From contig NZ_AP028907.1 in NCBI RefSeq assembly GCF_036323395.1, positions 1,380,001-1,412,000 on the forward strand: a stretch of 32,000 nucleotides of DNA. The letters run 5' to 3'. Every line of letters starts with the position of its first letter. Position 1 is the first letter of the stretch. Positions 25,027-32,000 of the stretch are shown piece after piece. The stretch is from Pyrodictium abyssi. GTDB lineage: Archaea; Thermoproteota; Thermoprotei_A; Sulfolobales; Pyrodictiaceae. The translations under genes were made by a program, and so were the position numbers. The notes under the pieces were generated by a model. That model was not told the DNA's origin, searched no databases, and saw only the letters and a program-made list of their open reading frames with translations.

Positions 25027-26118
25027 TCACCCTGTCTTCTCGGTCCTAATGCGTGGGTCAAGGAGCATGTATATGAAGTCGAGCAGCAACACGGTTAGGA
25101 TAAACACTAGGGTTACGACTGAGGTTGTAGCCGTTACCACCGCGGTTTCGCCGTTGCGGAGTGCGACCCAGTAGAGTAGGCCCATGCCGGGCCAGCCAAA
25201 CACGGTCTCAGATATGATGGCGCCGCCGAAGGACCCTACGAGCGATAGGGCTACATAGGTCACTATAGGCGGGCTGCTCGTGCGCAGCACATGGCCGTAT
25301 ATCACGCGCTTCTCGGGTAGGCCGCGAGCCCGTGCTGCTAGCACGAAGTCCTGGTGCATGACCTCGAGGACGAGGTTGCGTACAAGGTATGCCCATCCGC
25401 CTATGCTCACGGATACTAGGGTTATCAGCGGCAGAGCCATGTAGTATAGCCACGTCTTTATCTCGAGGTATATCCTTGTTAGCGTAGGTAGGTCTGGCGG
25501 TATCGTCTGGAGGGCAGCGTAGACGTCCTTGGACTGTGTCGGGAATATGTCTAGGTAGAACGAGAATACGATGAGAAGGAGTATGCCAACCCACCATGTG
25601 GGGAAGCTCCAGGATATCATGCCCAGTATGGAGACTATACGGTCGAGTAGGCCTCCGGGTCTCCGAGCCATGTAGAGGCCGAGGAGTATACCCACTATGG
25701 ATGTAATTATGGTCGCTGTGGTGAATAGTATCATAGTGTTCTTGAGGGCTATCTTTACCTGCTCGCCTATATCGTTGGTCCCGAAGTAGCGGTTTCTCGA
25801 AGTACCGAAGTCGAAGGTTATAATCGATATCAGCTGCTTCTTTATCTCGTTTATAACATCCTTGTAGAACGAGCCTGTAATACCGTACCGGACCATAAGA
25901 CCTTCTTTGAGCTTTTTCAAAGCTGCTTGCAGTTCCTCTGGATCCTTATACTTCTGCTCAAGCTGCTTAGCCGCAAACACGAACTCCTCCTGGACAGCCG
26001 CTTGTTTCTCCTTTACACTATAGACGGCGAATATGCTTGATATTAGAAGCAGGGCAACAGCCAACGTAATTAACGTATTTATAAGCTTCGATACTATAAA
26101 GCGGCCTAGGCCTGCCAT
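25027..26118 (-). CDS. Opp/Dpp-family ABC permease (OppB/DppB-like)
   Basis: 363 aa. The EAA loop is DFVLAARARGLPEKRVIYGHVLR. An N-terminal TM helix is followed by a charged external loop. Confidence 0.85.
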   Translation of the reverse strand: MAGLGRFIVSKLINTLITLAVALLLISSIFAVYSVKEKQAAVQEEFVFAAKQLEQKYKDPEELQAALKKLKEGLMVRYGITGSFYKDVINEIKKQLISIITFDFGTSRNRYFGTNDIGEQVKIALKNTMILFTTATIITSIVGILLGLYMARRPGGLLDRIVSILGMISWSFPTWWVGILLLIVFSFYLDIFPTQSKDVYAALQTIPPDLPTLTRIYLEIKTWLYYMALPLITLVSVSIGGWAYLVRNLVLEVMHQDFVLAARARGLPEKRVIYGHVLRTSSPPIVTYVALSLVGSFGGAIISETVFGWPGMGLLYWVALRNGETAVVTATTSVVTLVFILTVLLLDFIYMLLDPRIRTEKTG

Positions 26119-26161
26119 TTTGCGGCCAGACCCCTAGTAAGGCCGGCCTTGCTGTCTATCG

Positions 26162-26169
26162 CTTATAAG
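26162..26169 (-). promoter_or_regulatory. Candidate internal TATA box for the permease/ATPase genes
   Basis: CTTATAAG lies about 47 nt upstream of the oppB-like ATG (26118). It sits inside a 395-bp lower-GC gap. Confidence 0.35.
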
Positions 26170-26473
26170 TTTGGAGTCTTAAATGTCCTAGTCTTGTTCG
26201 CACCAGTTTATCCCACTCATAAAAACATACTATCCTCGACGTAACAATAACGCTACAGTAGTAGCTAGAGCTATACTGCCATGCCACGTAATTTGAAGAC
26301 CACTGTACGCTCTGCGAAACGCGAGACCGGCTACACTGCGGGAATAGTACGGTAGCCCTTACGTAATCAGCTGCAAATGTTACTGCGCTGCAGCACTGGG
26401 CACAGTTGTCTCTAAGCCTTCGGCCCTAGTAACGAACGTGGATACAGAATGGGAGAACACAGACGGGCAGCCA

Positions 26474-26500
26474 CTTGTTATGAAAAAACAAGGGGGCTTG
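26474..26500 (-). terminator. Hairpin plus oligo-T terminator after the binding-protein gene
   Basis: The minus strand reads CAAG-CCCC-CTTG followed by TTTTTT, the complement of the A run at 26483-26488. It begins 14 nt after the stop codon. An alternative CTTGTT/AACAAG stem is also possible. Confidence 0.5.
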
Positions 26501-26513
26501 TGCCATCCAGTCT

Positions 26514-29207
26514 TTAGGCTCTACGCCTTAGTGCGAGTGCTGCTAGCACTACTATTATCGCTATTACCGCTATTATGGCTGGCGATACGCCGCCCTTTGC
26601 TGCCTGTGTCGTCGTTGTCGGCGCGGGTGCCGTCTGCGCAGTTGTCTGTGTTGCTGTCTGCGTGGGTGTCGTTGTTGCAGTTGTCTGTGTCACCGTCTCT
26701 GTCTTCTCGGTTGTTGTAGTGGTGGTTGGCGTGGTTGTCGCAGTCTGGGTTGGTGTCGTGGTCTGCTGTGTTGTTGTCTGTGTCTGTGTTGGGGTTGATG
26801 TCGCCTGCTGTACTGGGTTGTAGAATATGTTGTCAGCTGTTACTTCTAGTAGGGCCTTCGGCACGTAGGATGGGCCGAACGGGTAGTCCTTGAAGGCTTC
26901 TAGCTCTAGCACGTTGGCTGTCGGGTTGTAGCTTACTAGCATGTAGGGGCCGTTGGATACTACCGCGTGGCCGTACTTGTTTATGAAGTTTACTAGGTTG
27001 TCTATCCTGGTGTCTAGGTCGAACGTTATGTTCAGGCCCTCTACGTAGGGTATCTTCTTGCCCTTGAGCTGCTCGGCCATAGCCTTTATCACGTCTGGGT
27101 GCTTTAGCATGTCTATTGCCTGCTCGCCTGTTGCCTCTCTGTCAGCCCAGCCGTAGTTGACGCCGTTGGGGTCCTCCACTACAGCTTTCTCCATGGCTAC
27201 TAGCAGGTGTAGCGGCACTGAGGGCCATATGTCTACCTGTGTCGCTATCAGTGCTGGGTCTACGTCGAGGTATGGTGTGTATATTGCTATGGCTGTATCG
27301 TTTATGATCTTGATGCCGAAGATGTTTGCTAGTGACCCGCTTGCAGCTGTCTCTATCTCTGGGTCGTAGTACGGGTCTGGCTGGCCCGTGATGCTGGTAT
27401 CGTTGAGTGCCCACTCGTATGTGAATGCTAGGTTGCCTAGGATGTCGGCTAGGCTCATCTTGCTGCCGTCGTGCCACTTGCCTAGCACGTAGTTGAACAC
27501 TACTACGGCCTTAGCCTTGCCGCCGTTGTCTATTAGGTCCTTTATGCCGGGTATGTAGGCCTTGTTCTTAGCAATGGCCTCGGCGACTGTTATCCACTTG
27601 TTCTCTACAGCGTCGTATACTAGGGCGTCGTCTGGGACCTTTACGTCGCCTACCTTGACGTCCCAGGTGGCGCGTATTGGTGTCGGTACGCCGGTTACCG
27701 GGTGGTTGTACATGGAGAAGTCGTGTATTAGCCTCCATATGACCTCGCTGTATACGTCAGTGAAGCCTAGTACTGGGTTCCAGGAGCTCATGAATAGTGC
27801 GCCCTGGCTGGAGAACTCTAGCACTGTTAGTGTACCGTCTACTGTGTGGGCTGTCCTTAGTGCCCAGGGTGTCCATAGGCCGGAGGTGGAGCCGTATACC
27901 ATGTAGGTTACGCGCTGCTTGTTCACGGCGAAGTACTCTAGGTTCTGGGCTATGAATATGCGGAAGGACTGCTCTAGACCCCACTTGACCATTTCACGTA
28001 TGTCGCTTATCAGCTGGTCCTTCTGATCTGGCGTGTATGTGCCGAAGAATAGCTTGTAGCCTAGCTTGTAGGCTGCTGGGTCGTATAGGTACCACCAGCT
28101 GGTTACACGGTGGTTGGGGCCGTAGCCGCGTAGAGGAGCGTAGAAGAACGCTGCGTCGTAGCGGGCCCAGTAGGCTGGGTCATCGCTCATCGATACCCAG
28201 CCCTCGGTGTACATGTGCCACATTACGCCGCCTAGGGTGTCGCTTGTGGATATCAGGTTCTGGCCGTATACTACCGGCGTTACTACGCTTCTCTCCCTCT
28301 CTATCCTGTTCACCTTTATGCCGAAGTAGTCCTCTATCCACTGGGCTATCTGGCGGCCTACCTGCAGCCTCTCGTCCTCGACACGTATTAGGAAGTTGAC
28401 TGTTACTGGCTCCTCGTAGCCGTCAGGGTACTTGAAGTATAGCACCTTCTTGCCGTTCTCCTCCTTGTAGTATAGGCCGTAGCCGTACTGCTGGTATACC
28501 TGGTTCAGCTCCTTTACGGCGGACTCGAATAGCTGTACAGCCTTCTCCACGTCAGCTATTGTTGTGATGCCCATCTCCTCGGGTATGTCGGCTACCCACT
28601 CGTAGCCGCCGTGTGTCGGGGTTATTGCTGTGAGCATCGGGTTAGCGCTGCCCTCGTAGATGCTCTGTACTATGAAGCTTCTGTCTACCAGGTACTGTAG
28701 GGCTAGCCTCATCTTGGCGCAGCCCCATGGGTTGAACTTGAGGTTGCGGTCGTCGGGGGCCACCTTGTTTATGTCTACCCAGTTGTCGCCGGTTATCTTG
28801 TCGGCGTCAACGTATACTAGGCCGGGTATTAGTACGCCGGTTATGTTGCGGTCCTTGAGCTGTATCACGCCGGGCTTCTTGGAGTCGTATACGTTAGAGG
28901 CAGGGTTTAGCGCTATGTCCACGAAGGTGGAGGCGGAGGGGACTAGTGCTAGATTCTTCATTAGGTCCTGGGGCACGTCCTTGTAGTTGCCTAGGGGCTG
29001 GCTCCACATGAATATGTCTGCGTCGCCCTTAGCTACCTGTATGATGCCAGCTGCCTGGTCCGTCGTGCTCTTGAATATAATCTTCGTGACTGGCTTGCCT
29101 ACTGGCTCCTCTGCCTGGGCGACTACAGTTATGGGGCTTAGCGATGCTATTGTTGGGAGCAGTAGGAGGGCTATTGTGAACAGCGCGATAATACGCCTGG
29201 CCTGCAT
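26514..29207 (-). CDS. Family-5 (Opp/Dpp-type) extracellular solute-binding protein with signal peptide, Thr-rich stalk and C-terminal TM anchor
   Basis: 897 aa. The signal peptide is MQARRIIALFTIALLLLPTIASL. It sits at the head of the opp-like gene set. The C-terminal 70-aa T/Q/P stalk is followed by VSPAIIAVIAIIVVLAALALRRRA. Confidence 0.8.
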   Translation of the reverse strand: MQARRIIALFTIALLLLPTIASLSPITVVAQAEEPVGKPVTKIIFKSTTDQAAGIIQVAKGDADIFMWSQPLGNYKDVPQDLMKNLALVPSASTFVDIALNPASNVYDSKKPGVIQLKDRNITGVLIPGLVYVDADKITGDNWVDINKVAPDDRNLKFNPWGCAKMRLALQYLVDRSFIVQSIYEGSANPMLTAITPTHGGYEWVADIPEEMGITTIADVEKAVQLFESAVKELNQVYQQYGYGLYYKEENGKKVLYFKYPDGYEEPVTVNFLIRVEDERLQVGRQIAQWIEDYFGIKVNRIERERSVVTPVVYGQNLISTSDTLGGVMWHMYTEGWVSMSDDPAYWARYDAAFFYAPLRGYGPNHRVTSWWYLYDPAAYKLGYKLFFGTYTPDQKDQLISDIREMVKWGLEQSFRIFIAQNLEYFAVNKQRVTYMVYGSTSGLWTPWALRTAHTVDGTLTVLEFSSQGALFMSSWNPVLGFTDVYSEVIWRLIHDFSMYNHPVTGVPTPIRATWDVKVGDVKVPDDALVYDAVENKWITVAEAIAKNKAYIPGIKDLIDNGGKAKAVVVFNYVLGKWHDGSKMSLADILGNLAFTYEWALNDTSITGQPDPYYDPEIETAASGSLANIFGIKIINDTAIAIYTPYLDVDPALIATQVDIWPSVPLHLLVAMEKAVVEDPNGVNYGWADREATGEQAIDMLKHPDVIKAMAEQLKGKKIPYVEGLNITFDLDTRIDNLVNFINKYGHAVVSNGPYMLVSYNPTANVLELEAFKDYPFGPSYVPKALLEVTADNIFYNPVQQATSTPTQTQTTTQQTTTPTQTATTTPTTTTTTEKTETVTQTTATTTPTQTATQTTAQTAPAPTTTTQAAKGGVSPAIIAVIAIIVVLAALALRRRA
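26589..26798 (-). repeat. Low-complexity ACN/CAR codon repeat encoding the Thr/Gln/Pro stalk
   Basis: It encodes STPTQTQTTTQQTTTPTQTATTTPTTTTTTEKTETVTQTTATTTPTQTATQTTAQTAPAPTTTTQAAKGG. The plus strand reads as GTY/TGY repeats, which gives the spurious poly-Val ORF at 26575..26823. Confidence 0.9.
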
Positions 29208-29273
29208 GTGCGTGCCACCCTTCCCGTGCCAACTACTTTACTAGTTCATGGTGTTATCAAGCCTTAACGGAGA

Positions 29274-29281
29274 TTTTTAAA
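29274..29281 (-). promoter_or_regulatory. Candidate TATA box for the binding-protein gene
   Basis: TTTAAAAA on the minus strand lies about 70 nt upstream of the ATG at 29207. GGTG lies 8-11 nt upstream of that ATG. Confidence 0.4.
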
Positions 29282-29595
29282 GCTACTCATAGAGTTTTAG
29301 CCCCATGCTGGTCCTGCCGTGGTAATATCCATCCAGTTCCATACTACACATAGCTCTATGACTGAGAGTATGATATAGCCTTCAACGTGCTATCAAGCAG
29401 CTAGCTTTGGGGGAGCACCCACAATCACTCTGCACGGGCGCTGGCATGCCATGGCTTTCCGGAGACACTAGAATATGCGGCGACAGCCGTTGCTACAGTC
29501 CGGCCATATCAGGACGCTAGCTTACTAGTCTTGCTAGGGGGCTGAAAAACCTGGTCCCGTGGGAGGAGATATGCGGTTGCCTAGCTAATGCCTAG

Positions 29596-30033
29596 CTAGA
29601 AGCGGGGTCTGTAGCCGCGGCGGCGCGGGGCGCCGTAGCCGCCGGTGCTGCGGCGTGGCGGCCTCCAGTCTGGCGGGGCCTGCGGCGTCTCTTCTGGTAT
29701 CTCGTCCTCTGGGGGTACGGAGTTGTCGTCTACACGTGTTATGTTGCCTCTGCCCCCGATGTTGAGGACTACCTGGCCGCGGTAGCTGGTTGTCCATGCA
29801 CCGCTTATCTCGACCACGTCGCCTACCTGGAGGCTGCCTGCTGCGTGCCCCCATAGGGTGATGCGTGTGCGGCCGGTCTCGTCTCCGACTATTGCCTCGC
29901 TTATAGTGCGGGGGCCTTTGCGGGTGTTTATCGTGCGGGGCGCCTCAGCTTCGAGGACGCGGACGCGGATACTCACGCTGTTCATTCCGGGCTTGAGCTC
30001 GGATATTTTTACATGCTCCGATCCGGCTGACAT
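29596..30033 (-). CDS. ssb: Crenarchaeal single-stranded DNA-binding protein (single OB fold plus flexible basic tail)
   Basis: LKPGMNSVSIRVRVLEAEAPRTINTRKGPRTISEAIVGDETGRTRITLWGHAAGS...ISGAWTTSYRGQVVLNIG is nearly colinear with my memory of Sulfolobus SSB (LKPNMESVNVTVRVLE...RTISEAIVGDETGRVKLTLWGKHAGS...ENAWTTAFKGQVQLNAG). The tail is R/G/P-rich. Confidence 0.9.
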   Translation of the reverse strand: MSAGSEHVKISELKPGMNSVSIRVRVLEAEAPRTINTRKGPRTISEAIVGDETGRTRITLWGHAAGSLQVGDVVEISGAWTTSYRGQVVLNIGGRGNITRVDDNSVPPEDEIPEETPQAPPDWRPPRRSTGGYGAPRRRGYRPRF

Positions 30034-30103
30034 GGATACGGTCTCCTCTTACGTCTAGGGGCGCGCTTACGCGCTAGACAGATGAAGCTACTGCGAAAGG
30101 CGG

Positions 30104-30110
30104 TTATTAA
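30104..30110 (-). promoter_or_regulatory. Candidate TATA box for ssb
   Basis: TTAATAA on the minus strand lies about 74 nt upstream of the ATG at 30033. GAGGAG lies 10-15 nt upstream of the ATG. Confidence 0.35.
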
Positions 30111-30256
30111 GACTTGCCCTAGTCTGTGTCTCCTCTATTGCCCCGGCGGCTGAAGCCAAGCTGGTATATCTCCGGCTGCCCGTATAGGAATCTGGCCGGG
30201 GGCTGTGTGGAGGCTGGCCTGTCCCGAGGCCGCCGGGTTGGCCGCTGTGGAGCCCC

Positions 30257-30691
30257 TCAGGGAGCGGCGTCCGAGCCCCGGTTCTCCTCTATGTGGCTGG
30301 CGGTGAAGGCGTAGGGTAGTAGCTCGCCGAGCCTCCATGACCGCCTCCGCCCAGTCTTGGTGGAGACCGATACTACTAGGGTCTCTGGGTCCCCGAACTC
30401 GGCTAGGACCTGGCGGCAGGCGCCGCAGGGCGGGAGCGGCTCCGGGGTATCGGCTACTATGGCTACCCTGGCTATGCGACGGCGGCCCGCTGCCACCATT
30501 GCCGCGACTGCTGCTCTCTCGGCACATATGGTCAGCCCGTAGCTAGCGTTCTCCACGTTGACCCCAGTGTACACTGTGCCGTCGTCGGCCTCGACGGCTG
30601 CCGCTACATGCACGTTGCTGTAGGGCGCATAGCTGTTACGATGAACGCTCATGGCCTTCTCTACTAGCTTCTCGATGCCCGGGTCCTGCAC
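30257..30691 (-). CDS. cdd: Cytidine deaminase (homotetrameric type)
   Basis: 144 aa. Supporting motifs are SYAPYSNVHVAAAV and the zinc ligands CAERAAV and PCGACRQ. Confidence 0.9.
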   Translation of the reverse strand: MQDPGIEKLVEKAMSVHRNSYAPYSNVHVAAAVEADDGTVYTGVNVENASYGLTICAERAAVAAMVAAGRRRIARVAIVADTPEPLPPCGACRQVLAEFGDPETLVVSVSTKTGRRRSWRLGELLPYAFTASHIEENRGSDAAP

Positions 30692-30807
30692 GCTTTCTCG
30701 CCCTCGTGTGTCCGGCTAGGGGTGGGCCCCGGGGTATCTCGGCTGCTACGAGGGGTTCAAAGAGGTCCGGGATATGGCCCCGGTAGAGCGGGGGCTAGAG
30801 AGGCGCC

Positions 30808-32000
30808 TTGTCCAGCGACGGGCTGAGGACCGTTATAGGGCTCGAGGTTCACGTACAGCTAACGAGTCTCCGGACTAAGCTGTTCTGCAGCTGCAGCGCC
30901 GACTACCGCGGGGCGCCGCCCAACACCCATGTCTGTCCGGTCTGTCTCGGGCTCCCCGGCGCCCTGCCCGTGGTGAACGAGGAGGCTGTCCGGAAGGCTA
31001 TCCAGGTCTGCCTCGCCGTGAATGGACATGTCGCCAGGCTTCTCCGGTTCGACCGTAAGCACTACTTCTACCCCGACCTGCCCAAGAACTACCAGATAAC
31101 CCAGTACCTTGAGCCGATATGCACTGGCGGCTACATAGAGGTAGAGACGCCGGAGGGCCCTAAGAGGATAAGGCTGAGACGAATCAACATCGAGGAGGAC
31201 CCGGGCAGGATTGTCTACCCTGGCGGCGGGCCGCTCACGAGCCCCTATGTGCTGGTCGACTACAACCGGAGCGGCGTCGCGCTCCTAGAGATAGTCACCG
31301 AGCCCGACATAGGCTCGCCAGAGGAGGCTGTAGCGTTCCTCGAGAAGCTCCGGAGTATCCTGGAACACCTGGGTGTCTGCGACTGCGGCCTCGAGGGCGC
31401 TATGCGCGTCGACGCTAACGTGAGCGTTGAGGGCGGTGAGCGCGTCGAGGTAAAGAACATAGGCAGCTTCCACGAGGTGAAGCGGGCGCTAGCCTACGAG
31501 ATCACTAGGCAGCGCGACCTACTGTTGAAGGGCAAGCCGGTGCGGCGGGAGACCCGCCACTGGGACCCGATACGCAAAGTCACGCTCCCGGCTAGGGTGA
31601 AAGAGACCGAGGAAGACTACCGCTACATGCCGGACCCCAACCTGCCGCCGGTGCCCATACCCAGGAGCCTTGTCGAGGAGCTGCGGGAGACGCTGCCAGA
31701 GCTGCCTGACGCGCGCGCTAAGAGGCTCGAGCGCGAGTACGGCCTCCGCCCCCAGGTGGCGAGGGTCCTGGTTACCAGGAAGGTTCTCGCCGACTTCTTC
31801 GAGGACGCCGCAAAGCTGTACCAGGGAAGCTACGAGAGGATGGCTAACTACCTGGTCAACGACCTGCTTAACTGGCTTAAGGACGACGACCTGGCAGGGC
31901 TCTACGAGAGGGTGAAGCCGGAGCACCTGGCGAAGCTGATGAAGCTCCTAGACTCCGGCGTTATAAGCATAAGGCAGGCAAAGGAGATGGCCGAGCACAT
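30808..32000 (+). CDS. gatB: Asp-tRNA(Asn)/Glu-tRNA(Gln) amidotransferase subunit B, 5' part (continues beyond the window)
   Basis: It is absent from the ORF track because it is open-ended. Manual translation gives VIGLEVHVQL, KLFCSCS, CPVCLGLPGALPV, DRKHYFYPDLPKNYQITQ, NRSGVALLEIVTEPD and RVDANVS. The likely start is TTG at 30808 (MSSDGLRTVIGLEVH), just after an in-frame TAG. Confidence 0.9.
   Translation, partial: MSSDGLRTVIGLEVHVQLTSLRTKLFCSCSADYRGAPPNTHVCPVCLGLPGALPVVNEEAVRKAIQVCLAVNGHVARLLRFDRKHYFYPDLPKNYQITQYLEPICTGGYIEVETPEGPKRIRLRRINIEEDPGRIVYPGGGPLTSPYVLVDYNRSGVALLEIVTEPDIGSPEEAVAFLEKLRSILEHLGVCDCGLEGAMRVDANVSVEGGERVEVKNIGSFHEVKRALAYEITRQRDLLLKGKPVRRETRHWDPIRKVTLPARVKETEEDYRYMPDPNLPPVPIPRSLVEELRETLPELPDARAKRLEREYGLRPQVARVLVTRKVLADFFEDAAKLYQGSYERMANYLVNDLLNWLKDDDLAGLYERVKPEHLAKLMKLLDSGVISIRQAKEMAEH

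Noticed and set aside
26575-26823. 82-aa poly-Val/Cys plus-strand ORF
   Set aside because: It is the reverse complement of the Thr/Gln codon repeat that encodes the binding-protein stalk, so it is a low-complexity artefact.
30135-30527. 130-aa minus-strand ORF and plus-strand ORFs overlapping cdd
   Set aside because: Only the 30257..30691 frame carries the CAE and PCGxCRQ zinc motifs. The others are R/G/P/S-rich shadow frames.
31519-31926. 135-aa minus-strand ORF (plus 30859..31062, 31260..31473) antisense to gatB
   Set aside because: The plus frame is an uninterrupted GatB homologue from 30808 to the window end.
1-32000. Looked for CRISPR arrays, IS/transposase or integrase genes, toxin-antitoxin pairs and nuclease/helicase defence islands
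   Set aside because: There are no regularly spaced direct repeats and no ORFs with transposase, integrase, Cas, restriction-enzyme or helicase motifs. The window is dominated by housekeeping metabolism and transport genes.

Overview
This 32-kb segment reads as a GC-rich, hyperthermophile-style crenarchaeal chromosome. The taxon is an inference from three things: a Sulfolobus-type single-OB SSB, TATA-box plus leaderless or GGTG-SD gene starts, and A/R/L/G-rich proteins with heavy AGG/CTA/ATA codon use. Nearly all genes are on the minus strand and tightly packed.

Content from left to right:
- Membrane-arm genes of a complex I-like operon (nuoA-like, nuoH, nuoJ-like, nuoK-like).
- An archaeal dihydropteroate-synthase-related protein.
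- A glycerophosphodiester phosphodiesterase.
- A 2-oxoacid-elongation cluster: HMGL-family synthase, LeuC/LeuD-type dehydratase and LeuB-type dehydrogenase.
- A long KamA-family radical SAM enzyme.
- An orphan ABC ATPase followed by a secreted or anchored hypothetical protein.
- A PAP2-family membrane protein.
- A radical SAM protein with a helix-hairpin-helix tail.
- A serA plus class-V aminotransferase pair.
- An ArcS-motif (DUF5591-like) protein.
- DUF190 plus the CrcB fluoride channel.
- A five-gene Opp/Dpp-family ABC importer whose 897-aa binding protein has a Thr-rich stalk.
- ssb, cdd and the 5' part of gatB.

I found no rRNA, tRNA, CRISPR array, transposase, integrase or recognisable defence genes. 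All family calls rest on motifs recognised by eye, with no database search.

I did not find a convincing new multi-gene system. The best leads are uncharacterised single genes and odd contexts:
- The stand-alone long-form KamA-like enzyme.
- The free-standing ArcS-motif protein beside crcB-DUF190.
- The partner-less HhH radical SAM gene.
- The HMGL synthase with an atypical DGQQ motif.
- Three ORF-poor, partly structured gaps (8056-8292, 9646-10161, 20040-20612).
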